DNA of 63,717 nucleotides, counting the filler, from Trichosphaerium sp. ATCC 40318 (Eukaryota > Protista > Tubulinea): the NCBI GenBank assembly GCA_038496445.1. It is 4 parts of 4 records of this genome, joined end to end, with 100 filler letters (N's around TTAATTAATTAA, not from the genome) between each part and the next. Parts side by side here need not be neighbours in the genome. Positions count along the whole stretch, not along the records: positions 1 to 21,533 come from JALMLS010000372.1; positions 21,634 to 40,823 come from JALMLS010000221.1; 2 more parts are not named here. One strand, written 5' to 3'. How positions within the stretch are numbered: position 1 is the stretch's first letter; every line of letters starts with the position of its first letter. The position numbers and the translations under genes were made by a program. The notes beneath the pieces were generated by a model. It did no database searches, had not been told where the DNA came from, and saw nothing but the letters and a program-made list of their open reading frames with translations. This document shows, piece after piece, positions 10,791 to 23,278 of the stretch.

Positions 10791-13064
10791 CTATTCTCCA
10801 GTGGAGGCTGTGTCTTGCTGTAGAGCTAGAGACACTGATGCTTCAGGTTTCTGTTGACCAATCTTCCTAAAACCGAAGCCCATGGTACGCGCACCAGCGC
10901 GTGCCTTTGAACTATTGCCATTTGCGACCCTAGATCACGTGAGCATTAGTTCCACTTTCAAAAATAAAACCAGGTTTAATAACGTACTTTCTTTGCCTCG
11001 TGAAAGGATTGCGCCTCTTTTGCGCAGAGGTTCCAGGACCAGTTGAATTAATGTCCTTTTGTACTTGTTTTGATAAAAATACATCGCCACGTGGCTTCTG
11101 AGCCCTCTGAGAAACGTCGTAGCTATTCAAGTGATAGAGCGGCGCATCGTCTCCGCTTTTCTTTAGAATATTCTCGTTCAAAAATCTTGAGTCGTGTTGT
11201 TGTCGAACGACCGTATCGCCATTAGCAGATGGTGTATCTGTATTTAATTTCAATAAAAGGACTTCAACATCTAGATTCTCCAAGAGTTTAGCCCATTTCT
11301 TCTTATTCGAAACGACTGCGCTGTGTATCCAATCCAAACTCATCTTTTCTTGGTTTTCCCACTTTATCTCTGGCACCAGCTTGTATGCGTTCATAGTGTA
11401 CATGAGTGTATTATATTCAGCAACACGTTGTCGCTCTAGCAAGGATATATCGTGTTTTCTATGTTCCTGAACCTGCGCCTTTATCTCATCCAAGTCTTTC
11501 TCCAATTTCCCATAAAATCCATCAATCACGATCTAAAAATAAGCGTCAGTTTAACTTTTGACACGTGATATCAAAAGACGGTTTTAACCGATAAAAAAAA
11601 TCCAAAAAACAAACAGTTGTGGATAAATGAATGCTTGCATGCTAAAAAGCACGTGCCTTTACTTCAGAAAATCTTGTTTTCTCTTGTTCTGTCATTTTCC
11701 TTTCAATAGGTGAAGACGACTCATGCATTGCCTCAATGCTAGAGCTTTCAGAAAATTGCGCACTGTCTCCATCTTGAGACTGCGAATAGTCGCTATTTGT
11801 GAACAAGTCAGAGGGCTGTGGCCTTCTACCTCCTTTGATAGTTATCCGTTTTGTAACAGGTACAGCATCTGACTCTGTTGTTATCATAACAGCATCATCT
11901 TCACTTATTTTATCTTGTTTGGCGCTTAAAATCATTGCCAATAGACGATGTACAGATGACTCCACTGTGCCTTCCTCCGCTGCAGATGTGAACGCCCAAA
12001 ACTTAAAATTGCATTTTTTACAGTACTACAAAACAAAAGTTAATAACGACTCTACAAAAAGCAAGTACGTACAGTGTCAAGATCCTGTCTGCTTAAGACA
12101 AGATTGCCTTTATCCACTTTATTCGCAAATAAAGCTACAGGAACATTCGCAAGCGAAGAAAACTGTTCTGTAGACAAGATGAGGCGCCATTGGTCTATAA
12201 CCTACACGTATACATTGTCAATATTTGAAAAAAAAACGTGATACAAAAAAAGGAACGGTTCAACCGAGAGAGAGTGCGTACATCTACAGTTGAGACATCT
12301 GTGCAATCAAAAACCATAATGACTCCATGCACTTTATGAAAAATACTTGTATGGTGCTTGCCGTACAACTAAAGGAGATGTTTTGTGAGTATAACGGATA
12401 AAAAGCTCGAAGTTTAGATGTTTTTTTCGGTATTTCTGCAAAAGTTCAGATTTTCGGATAAAGGAATCCTAACAAGGCAAAATTTCCTCTTGTTTGGAAA
12501 GCCAATACCCTCTTCAAAATTATGGCGTAACAGCGCGTACTTCAGGTGCGGCTACATCCCAAAAAACAAGTCTGTAGTGATGATCAGTTTCTATTGTAGG
12601 GTGCTCGTATGCTTGAGAGAACGTATCAAAACCTGATATAATGCATAAGCGCTCGATTTTTGTTAAATATCGTGTTTTTCCTTGCCTATTGTTGGCTCAT
12701 ATTGTCGCGTATAGCATGAATGTATAAACCTGCGTACAACAGAGCTTTTACCCACTTTACTCCCACCAATTACCTTGGACAAAATTATTAATTTATCCCA
12801 GCTATACTCCTACGCACTGCTATTTTGATAGTGTCTTCTTCGTGAACAATGGGTGGTTCTGTCCTCTTTGGTGCTATTTCTGTAGAAGATGGCGTTATTA
12901 CAGCGAGGGAAATAGCGTGGATCGCTCGAAATTGAGAAATAAACGCGTGTTGGCTTCATGTAAGACGAAATTGTTTTTTGTTACAATTTTGGTTGTTAGG
13001 TAATACCTTGCGAAGAGAATATACTAGAGATACGCGAAAAGAACCCCTTTCGTTGATCCGACAT
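10791..13064 (-). CDS. Atypical Rab-like small GTPase with long C-terminal extension
   Basis: IKIAVIGGSKVGKSSVVRRF (G1), YEPTIGFD (G2), LVFWDVAAPE (variant G3), LFANKVD (G4), AFTSA (G5), then a ~300 aa coiled-coil/low-complexity tail. Confidence 0.75.
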
Positions 13065-13263
13065 GTTTGAAGTCTTCTGTTTAACGCTTGTTCGATGTAT
13101 TGACGCCTTCACGTCCTGTACTTCAAACAAGTCACCATGTAACGAGAAGTGTATAATGACAATTCAGCGACAAAAAGTAAAAAAATGTGACCTGAAGAGT
13201 TTTTTTTTTTTGCGCTGTTTTTTCGCTTAGTTAACAACACTTTCTTCTATATACACCGTAAGT

Positions 13264-15296
13264 ATGCGCACACGGTATTAGAGCGCGTTTTTAACTACAT
13301 TGTAGCCTACATAGCGAAGTTGAGTTTGAAAAAACAATTCAAGATGTATTTGTGTTTTTCGTTTAGTTTCGCAGTGGAACGCAGCTATTCTAGAATATCA
13401 ATGAACATTTTTCGTAAGTGCGACCTTAACTGCTTTGATAAGTATTGTCATTCGTAAAACTACGTTAACAGATTAACAACACATATACAATGGCTTGGGT
13501 AGAACAACAAAAGGTAAATAATCTTAGAAGGGAAATGTTCCCAGAGCTGTTCTGTACTGTAGCAATTTGTACTTACGAAAACTACAATCAATGACGTGTA
13601 TCTCTTTGTGCTTGTTGCGGCCGTTTACAAACTTTTGTTGCAGGATAAAGAAATGCACGCTGACTTGCGTAAACAACTCGAAGTTGTACGCGCCAAGCGT
13701 GGTTTTGACGTCGCCAAATGGGTTGATGAGAAGGTAATAACTGTTTTTTTTGAAACAGCTAATTTAACAACGCCTTACGTCACGAGAATACGTTTATCAC
13801 TGACATGTTAATAGACTGACTTGTTTAACAAATACATGAAAGATTGTGGTCTCAAAGCGTGCTGCTTATCCCTATCGTACGTTCACAGCTCACTAACTTC
13901 GCCCAATTTCCACTACGGTCGTATTTTGTGCAAAACAACACTAACTCTTTGCCAGTGGTGGTGTCGACTCCTCCGCAACCCTTGCTCTTTGTACCCACGC
14001 AAAAAGCAAAAAAGATTCTCCAATCCAACGCGTAAGTGAAATAAATGCCTTGAATGTACTAACAATACCCTTGCAGATAATTGGCGTGGCTCAACCAATC
14101 TCTTCTACGCCTCAGATTCAAAATCGCGCATTTGAAGTCGCTAAAGCACTTGGCGCTGAATGCATCACCCTTGATCAAACTGCATTACATGGACAACTCT
14201 CTCAGTACGTTACAGCGGCCGATTTGCAAGAATTCATGTTTTAAACTTTTTTATTAAATCCTGTTTTTAGACTCGTTGAAAAAGCAGTTGGCATTGAGGG
14301 AAAACCATTTGCAAGAGGTATTAATACCAGAACTCTATTTGGATTTTTTTTTTTCTCGTAGTTTCTGCTGGTGGTGTTGGTGATTTTTCCGGCTTTTTTT
14401 AAACTCAGTTTTCTTTAATTGGGTCTCTCTACCATCCCTTTTTATCGGTCTTTCGACTTACGTTATATCGTAATTTTTTAGGACAATTAAAATCTTACAT
14501 GCGCACACCATCTGCATACTATGTAGCTCAATTGATTTCTCAATCTGGTAACCCTTGTATCGTAATGTACGTCCTAATTTAAAGACAGTGTGGGAAACGT
14601 ACACGATGTTTACACGTCATTTAGGGGAACAGGTAACAAAGACGAAGATGGATACCTAGCATACTTTTGTAAAGCAGGTGTGACGTTGTTGATGTACAAC
14701 TCATCGCTGATTTGCATAAATCAGAAGTACGTAGTAATTCATGCAAACCGAACTTCTTGAAAAATTTTGTTTTTTGAGCCCCTTTTTTTTTTTGAGGGTT
14801 TGCTAATGTTGTATCCCTAGGTTTTCGCTGTTGCAGCTGTACGTATATAAGAAATTTGTAAAGAATTTCTAGTTTGATTGCTTTTTCTTTATTTCCACGT
14901 GCGAACTTGATTTTTAATGTTTTTTGTTGCAATAGTACCTTAAAGTGCCAGAATCTGTTTTGGTAGCAGCACCAAGTGCTGATTTGTGGGATGGTCAAAC
15001 TGACGAGAAGGAACTTGGATTCTCATACGATTTCATTGAACTCTACACCGGTACGTAACAAAGAACAAATATCATGCCGATTTCCACGTTTTTTTCTTGG
15101 AATGAGCGATACCGTACCTCACACTGTTTGTTTTTTAGAGTACTTGACATTCTCTGATGAAGAGAAAAAAGCTGTAAAAGATGCTTGCTGTGAAGAAGCA
15201 TGGAAAGAGTTCACCAGTAAGGGTGCTAAAGCCGATAAGGTTCATAGACAGAACGCTCATAAATTTGATTCTCCAAAGAACATTAACATTATGTAA
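13264..15296 (+). CDS. nadE: NH3-dependent NAD+ synthetase (single domain); apparent 1-nt indel near 14680
   Basis: [42 protein letters not shown] and [21 protein letters not shown]. No nitrilase/glutaminase domain upstream. Confidence 0.85.
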
Positions 15297-16246
15297 AGTA
15301 CTATACTAATAAATGTGACCATTTAATCTACCCATTAAATCTACAGAATTGACCTGGATTATCGAGAAAAATGATTATCGCTCATCGCATTTTTCAGTCC
15401 ATCGTTACTCGTAACCTAAATAATTTCAGTGGCTCATAATTGATACATGGATGCTATCAAGTGAATTACATATTTGTTGCTTGTTACAATGTACCGAATG
15501 CTCATAGCGAAGAATAAATACAGCAAAAATGTGATTGTCGACAATCTGTTTTATACAGGTCAATTCCTACAGCTACTTTCTAACCGTTATTTTATCGCTT
15601 GGATATTATCATTCCCAACGTTTGGGAAAGGGTTTAAACGTATTAAAATAACGTCTGGTCCGATTTGAATATTTGTTTTCGTTTCTATTGCAAATCCAAC
15701 ACCCTGACACGCTGCGTCATGCAATTACTTACATTTGCAACAGCACATTTGCACCATTCTACAACTTTTTACCGGCAAGCAGATTTCTTTACGCGCAGTT
15801 GTTATAAAACATGAAACGACGCTCAAAACCTGAAAAAGGAAAAAAACAGCGAGCCGGTTCGTTTCACAATTTTGTATCGTCGTTTTCTACTTTTCTTGGT
15901 CCAGGTCACCCCGTTCTTTGCGACCAAGTTCACAAACGTATATACGTTCTTAATAGTAGTGTAAAGTAGTGGCAACTAAAATAGCGTTTTGTCCAAAAAA
16001 GGAAGCGGGAAATGCAAGTACTCGTTTAGAAGCGCATGTCTCGATCCAAAACATCGCCAAAACGGTTCTCACGCCCTAAAATAACAACCACAAGGGTTTA
16101 TAAGCGTTTTTAAATGTGCATTATCCATATTTGAGTAATTATAATGGATATTTCAGTGAAGTGTATCCCACAATTTATTTCGATTGCTTTTTTAAGGGTT
16201 TATAAACAAATTTGGCAACATTAATAGACATAATAAAAAACGTATT

Positions 16247-16639
16247 ATGTATATGTTTGGTATAGTTCCAGTACTCTCCTTAGAGCAATCTTTCAACCTC
16301 TTCCTCTTCAGTGTACAACTGATATTAACTCTTCTCTACCGCTTACTCCAGGCAATTGATGAAGGTTTAATGTCATTTGATGACTTAATGAAGAGAGCGT
16401 CAGGTGTGCTTCTAAGCCAGCTGATAGTCTTCTTAGAATCTTTGGAGACTGCAGCGCCCGCGAGTCACAAGAAAAACCCCAATATATACGCAAAAAGGAA
16501 GGCTCTTAGAAAGAGACTACGCTTGGAAGGCAAGCTAGCTCCGCCAAAGAAACCATCCTTGTACCAAGTCAGACGTCGTAGCAAGCACCACACGCTGCGC
16601 CGTCAGATCTGGTATCGTTCATTGTGGATGATTGAGTGA
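16247..16639 (+). CDS. Hypothetical basic protein (probable terminal exon)
   Basis: 130-aa ORF with K/R-rich C-terminus; no recognisable domain. Confidence 0.3.
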   Translation: MYMFGIVPVLSLEQSFNLFLFSVQLILTLLYRLLQAIDEGLMSFDDLMKRASGVLLSQLIVFLESLETAAPASHKKNPNIYAKRKALRKRLRLEGKLAPPKKPSLYQVRRRSKHHTLRRQIWYRSLWMIE

Positions 16640-17107
16640 TCATTCGATTAGTGTAGCGTACTAGTCCGAGTGGAAGAAACGGTAAAACCGCGTCTTTTTT
16701 GCCTTTTTTACCAATATTTAAATTACCCACTACTAGCCATAAACAACTCATCAAGAAAAATGTTGCTAGCTGATTGTTGCTAATACGTAGCAGTCACGTG
16801 ACGATGGTTTTATTGTATTATTATTCCAAAAACAGAAGTTGTATAGGCGTGCCATTCAACGCCTCAACCAAGGTGCTGATTCGGACTATAATTCCAAGTA
16901 GCCAAGTGGTGACCAGCAGTTGTTACCATGAGTCAGGGTTCTATTCGGTGATTAATGTAAATCCAGAGTGCGACTCATTTCTTCAGTTTAGTAGAATTCG
17001 AAAACACCTAACCACTTTTTTCTTTGTCAGAGACATTCTTTCGGAAGCAAAGTCACAACAGGTCCAGTACAACTGTCAAAGTAGATAACAAGACGTAGAA
17101 GCTCGAT

Positions 17108-19362
17108 ATGATTATTCGTTCAAAGAGAAAACCAAAACCAAAGCCAGTTTCATCACCTCTTGTAGATGCAGCAGACGCTGGGGATTTAGCAAAGGTTAAA
17201 CAGCTTCTAGAGGGTGGCGAGGCGATTGAACAAGCTGATGTTGAAGTGCGGGAACAAAAAAAAAATTAAAAAAGGGGCTAAGTGTATAAAAAGGGATACA
17301 CGGCGTTAATATCAGCTGCGATAGCACCTCATAACGAAATAGTCAGTCTTTTAATTGAAAAGGGAGCAAATTGCAATGCAAGCGCAAAAGACGTACGCCT
17401 ACGTTTCTCTATTAAAAAAACCAGCCAAACAGAGCGTTTATGTGAACCATCAAACAAAGACCTTCAAAAATCCGCTTACAATCCGTTAGGGGGTTACTCC
17501 ACTCATTGCTACCGCCATGGAGGGACATATTTCAACAGCAGAACTACTCATTAAAGCAGGTGCCGAACTAGACGCCAAAAACAGCGAGGTTCGTACTCAC
17601 ACTACCCGTTTGACCCGTTTACGCCTCTCTAAATTAGGGTTACACTGCGTTGACAGCTGCGGCAGTTCAAGGTCATTTAGAATACATAAAAGCTCTTGAA
17701 AAGGCAGGCGCAGATCCTTCTGCTGTAAACAACCAGGTGAGAAATCGATTTGATAAAGTGTAGTCTTTTTTGTTGAAATTATTTTTCCGTTACGCGCGTA
17801 GTGGTCACGTATATTTACTTGTTTTTGTCGTTAGGGTAATGGTATGCTTCTTTGGGCTTGTAGGGCAAAGCATGTACCTATAATCAACTGGGCGCTATCT
17901 CTAGAGAATATTGATACCAACAAGGCGAATAGTTTTGTGAGTCTTCAAACCAAAAAAACTTTTGAAAACTCCTCTTTTTTGGTCGCCTGTCGTCCTCTTT
18001 TTTAGACTTTTTCACGTGTTATTATTTTATACGTGTTTATTGTTGTTTTTTTAAAGGAGAGACACCTCTATTATGGGCTGCATTGACAGGACTTGATGAT
18101 GTTGTCAAAAAGTTGTTGGAAAGAAAAGCTGATCCAAATGCTTGTTCGAAGAAGGTTTTTTTTTCAAATTTTTGTTCGTTTTCAAGTCACTTAGTTTCGA
18201 TAACAATATCTTAGGGCGATACACCGTTATTATGGGCTTGTCAACAAGGATCTTTGAATATTATAAAGATGCTACTAGAGCACAAAGCCAACACTGAATT
18301 GAAATCACAAAAGGTGAAAAAAACACTTTGTTTTTGTTTTTTAGTCTCTTCACGCGAGTGTTGATATTAATATATATATTAGGGTGATACAGCATTAATG
18401 CGTGCTTCTTTACATGGACAATTGGATGTTGTAAAATTATTGTTAGAGTACAAGGCTGATGTCAATACAACAAACAAACACGTATGCAAAAAAAAAACAC
18501 ACGATTATCTATTTTTTTTTTCTAAATAGTGTTACTCTTTAGGGTAATACTCCATTGATTGCTGCTGCTTTCTATGAGAGAAAAGGAGTTCTTGAGTATC
18601 TTTTACCATTATCGAATGTTAATCACGTGAGCAACCAGGTACGCACTCGATTGTTTTTTTTTTTTTTTCTGTAAGATACTCAAAAGGGACATTAAATTAA
18701 ACGTGTATTGATCTCATTTTAGGGTTACACAGCTTTAATGGCTGCTTCAACCAAGGGTTTTGCAGACATGGTACTTATCCTCCTGAAGGCTGGTGCCACT
18801 GTAGAGGACGCAGATCCAATTTACGTACGTACAAAAGGAAAAAAAAAACCAAGCAAATCAAAAAAAAAAACTTTCAAAAAATATAATCATAAATGTCACC
18901 AAAATTGTTTGATTTTTCTGCATCAATTGTCATTGCATGATTTAATTTGAATGATACACAGACAATACTTCAATTTTTTTGTGTATGTTGGTTGTAGTCT
19001 AATATTTGTTGGTTTTTGTTTAGGGTGCTACTGCTTTAATGTTGGCGTGCTTTAAAGGTCTTAAAGAATGTGTTGTTGCTATACTTGCTGCTGGAGCATC
19101 TATTGATACAAAGAATAAGTCTGGTAATACTGCTTTAATGGTAGCAACAAGCAAAGGACATTTGGAGATTATGAAGCTTCTTTTGGAGGCTGGCGCTGAT
19201 GCCGATATTGAGAATGACAAGGTACTGATAGCTCCTTCTTTTTTGGAGGGAAAAAAACCCACGTGTTTGCTTTGTGTACTCATGGTTAATGTTTAGGAAC
19301 AAACAGCTATTCAAATGACTGATAAACCAGAACTAAAGGCATTATTACATCAATGGGGTTAA
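17108..19362 (+). CDS. Ankyrin repeat protein (~12 repeats)
   Basis: Successive exons begin GYTALISAA, GVTPLIATA, GYTALTAAA, GETPLLWAA, GDTPLLWAC, GDTALMRAS, GNTPLIAAA, GYTALMAAS, GATALMLAC. Start uncertain. Confidence 0.9.
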
Positions 19363-19555
19363 AAAATGAAAAGTGTCTAATAATAAAAAATAACTTGACT
19401 CAGCAAAAAAAAAAGTTGATATTGTTGTATCATCCATTGTAATTACTCAAATATCCTCCCTTGTAGTCTGTAATTATAGTTCGTGATAAGGTAGTATGGA
19501 CAACACGTGTTCAAAATATTTTATTGCAATTATAAAAGGTGTACACCTGTATGTT

Positions 19556-20869
19556 TTAGTAACACAAATATGGCAATAGCTGCACAACCATACCAGTGTT
19601 GTACACGTTAACACTAAACTTATATGAATCACCAGCAAGATTTATTGATTGAGAAGTTTTTTCATTCACATGAAATGCTACACACTTTCTGTTCATATCA
19701 AGTGTAACACCAACAATATCACCTTTTACACAACACATAAATGATAAACAGATAAAACTTAGAGACATACCTGTTGTGAATACTGATCCTCCCTTGTTTT
19801 CACCCTTGTCTGAATAGTACACTTTACCATTAGCACCACAAATAGATGCACCACTAGCATTTTTCCCAGCGCCTGGATAGTTTTTAAGTGAAAACCCTTT
19901 GGATGGCACTACACCAATCATAATATCATTGTTGCCTCCTTTGATAATCCTTGATAGTGTTATTGTTAATAACAACTGGGTACAACTATGATCGTACTTG
20001 TAGGCAGTGTAGTGAACACCACAACAAAATTCTCCTTCAACAAGACAACTGGTATTTCCATTGGCAGTGTACTTTACAAAAGTATTGCCACCATAAACTG
20101 ACAAATTAGGGTGTTTATCCTTATCCGAAAACCGAAATGGTTGCGACTCATGCAATTCTAGCTTTTTGACACGTGATATCAATTTGCTGACCTATTCAAT
20201 TGTACTGTATCAGTGGAGAATAACAGGCAAATAGTATAGAGACTAACTGTAGTTTCAATAATCTTTTCCTTGTCTCCACTTTTAGTTAGTTTAAATGTGT
20301 ACTTTCTTGTAACATCCAACACATCAACTTCATCAACGACAATCAATAACTCGCTTCCTTCAACTTGAACTGACAACTTGAGTCCTCCCAACTAAAAGCA
20401 AACAAGTAAAACTAACAACTAAAAATCAACCATGACCCCTTTTGTACAGCAGGTATGGTTCAACCACAAATACTATTGTTTAACTGTGAACAATTGTAGC
20501 TCTTAGTGTTTGTTGTGCTTCATGCCTGAGTGAAGGCATGTGGAATGTACCGTTGGTCAATAAATTGGCTTAATAAAAACAAGGAAAGACAAATTTTTGG
20601 TAGTGGGGCTTTGAATTAAAGTCGCATTGAATGTGTAATGAGTCGATAAAAAACGTACATTTGAGGCTGCAGCTTCAAATAATTTAACAACATGAGCTAA
20701 TGTTGGGCATTTGTATTTTAAATCACCTTTTAATGCCTTGTTGCCTTGTAGAACACTCAAAGTGATTGAAATCGGATAAAGCTTGAATCTTCAGTACATC
20801 ATCTCTTATAATCTGTAATGTAATCTCAAAGCCACTTCGCTCAAATGAGAAGCTTGGGTTTTCTGCCAT
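19556..20869 (-). CDS. SPRY/B30.2 domain protein; apparent frameshift near 20750
   Basis: DIMIGVV, GDIVGVTLDMNRKCVAFHVN and YKFSVNVY are typical SPRY strands. Confidence 0.7.
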
Positions 20870-21117
20870 CTGTGATGAAGCGCTGCTGAATATATTTTGC
20901 AATAATAGATAGTCACGTGATTTCAAAAGGAACTGGAAACAAAGTGTAGGAACTGAATTGTGATGGAATAGTGGGTGCTATGGTATCATTTAAAACTCTT
21001 TTGTTGTAGCTAACAGACAACAGACAACTGAAACTAAAGTTGGGATTTGGAACTTTACAAACGTGCAATAAATAAGAATTACTGACAATTGTCTAATGAA
21101 TGCAAAAACGACTTTTA

Positions 21118-21533
21118 TTATTTCCTGGGGTCACATAAACTGGCTTTGTATCGGTTGATACGACACTTTAAATTATTAATCCCATTATGTTGTAATGCCT
21201 GAAGCTCAACGGCAAATTGCGTATCAAATTCATCTGCAAGTTTACGAACGTACGCAATCAATCCTTTACCTGTTTTCGCAGCAATCTTGAGCTCTTTCAA
21301 AAATTTCTTTTGACGTGATGAACGTGGGATAAAGCCGGCAGCACTGTCTCCTAGAATACCCATGAGCTGTTGATGGTAGACTGTAATCCGTTTTTTGTTA
21401 AGTAAGTCGTTGTCATAATAATCTTCCATTGCGCTTGCTGTTGATTGTAGGATGTGTTGTAATTCTCGGAATCCCAGTTCCTTCTTAGTACGTCTGAAAT
21501 ATTGTCGTCCCAAAGTTCCTTGAGGTTCACTTG
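21118..21533 (-). CDS. Hypothetical protein, truncated at contig edge
   Basis: 131-aa ORF next to the linker; no domain recognised. Confidence 0.3.
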
Positions 21534-21633
21534 NNNNNNNNNNNNNNNNNNNNNNNNNNNNNNNNNNNNNNNNNNNNTTAATTAATTAANNNNNNNNNNN
21601 NNNNNNNNNNNNNNNNNNNNNNNNNNNNNNNNN
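21534..21633. other. Artificial contig linker (N run with TTAATTAATTAA)
   Basis: Exactly 100 bp; the core gives stops in all six frames; the same linker occurs three times. Confidence 0.97.
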
Positions 21634-22184
21634 GCCACCTTCGTCTATCACGCTCATTTCGTATATGGTCTGAACACCTGAAAGCGTTTTAAGGTCTTCA
21701 TCTGTCACTGAATATGATCATGTACGCCTCTAAGTGCTACACCTTCATCTGTCACTTGCCTGTATCTACGATTTATGCTTTGAGGTTATTTATTTGTTCT
21801 GTAAACCACCAAGTCAATGTACTTAACAGCATTCATGACAGGAAAAGCGCAAAAAATGAGGATAACAAACGAGAAACTGCTCCGTCGACAATGTACATAA
21901 ACTGGTACACACTTTAAGAGCATGTCTCATACTTACAACACATACAGTACTTCTTGCGCTACCATGTACATCTAGAACATTTGATATAGGCTGGTAGGAC
22001 ATGCAAGAAAAAACAAGAAAACAAAAAAACCCTTCTAAATGTAAATAGATCAACATAAGTTATCAACTTGAAATAACTTGTTTTTCTTCGCTAACGTGAC
22101 AGCAACTCACCTATTCTCTTTTTGGTCAACGATTTTACTTGCACGTACTTGATAAACACAAAACACTCGTTAAAAACCATAAAA

Positions 22185-23278
22185 TGACTTATCTTGCCTG
22201 GCGTACATCTCATACCTACGTTTGGGGCAAAGCATGTGCGTTAAAACAAGAATCTAATGCCAGTAAAACCAGTTATTAATAAGTTTTATGTTCAGCTAAC
22301 GGAAGATTGGGAATACCTTCACTTGACCCGACTGTATATCCAATACAAGTAGCACCATTGCGTTTAACAACAGAAACAACGTTTAAAAAATGCGGTATGT
22401 AGTTTAAAATGTATCACGTGGCTATGTAGCCAATGTCTTTTTTCTTTTTCTTGCTTACTCGTTTTAGAGCCTTCCCATGAGTATGGTGGTTGTGCAGTTG
22501 ATATTGATAGTTGCGGGTGGGTATGGGGTTCAGTTGTAGATAAGTGCGTAATGCTTTATTGATAAGTAGCTTAAACACGTGGCATAGAGGTAAACCGGCT
22601 AGAATCGAAATTGGCGATGATACAAACAAAGTTAAAAAAGTAGTAATGGGTCACAAGATTTACGCTCTGGTAACTTTTACAGGAAGTGAGTACACTGAAA
22701 ACGCATTTACCATATTGTATAATTAACACGTATATAGATGCTTATTATTTCCATCAAAAAGAATGGAAAAGCGTTGGAGAGTACGTTGTAAAACACGTTG
22801 GTTTTTAATTGATAGGAATATTTTAGGAATCATGAAAAGTACAAAGGCGAAGTATTTACCGATTGCTGTTGCGCTTCATCTTGCACTATGTTCTTAACAG
22901 AAACAAATAAAGTCATACTGATTAGTAAATGGGCACATCCAGAGGATATTGTAAAGGAAATGCCACAGGATGACCCTGTTATACACCTAGGGCAAACTTA
23001 TGATTATCCCTTGATGGTAACTAAGAACGGTGTGTTACATGTGAACGTAGGTGAAGAACCGCACACTGACAAGTTTGTGACACAAGTATGCCACCGATTA
23101 AAGAAACATGCCCTTGTATATTAAAGAAATACATCTATAGGCATCAGGTTGTGAAGATCAATATGGTTTTGTTACCAAAGATCATAACGTATATCTCATT
23201 GGAAGAAATGGAATGAGGCAGGTATTGTGCCTTATGGAAAAATTAAAACAAACTCCAAACTATGCCAGGAATGGGTAG
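22185..23278 (+). CDS. RCC1/BLIP-II-like beta-propeller protein (divergent)
   Basis: NGRLGIP, CAVDIDSCGWVWG, CCASSCTMFLTETNKVILI and ASGCEDQYGFVTKDHNVYLIG resemble RCC1 blades. Confidence 0.5.

Noticed and set aside
14670-14695. Programmed frameshift or RNA editing in nadE (similar breaks near 20750 and 43060)
   Set aside because: Scattered single-base indels without a shared motif are more simply assembly errors; read mapping is needed.
21534-21633. TTAATTAATTAA motif within N runs (also 40824-40923 and 58637-58736) as a biological repeat
   Set aside because: Identical 100-bp pads with six-frame stops are concatenation linkers; adjacency across them is meaningless.
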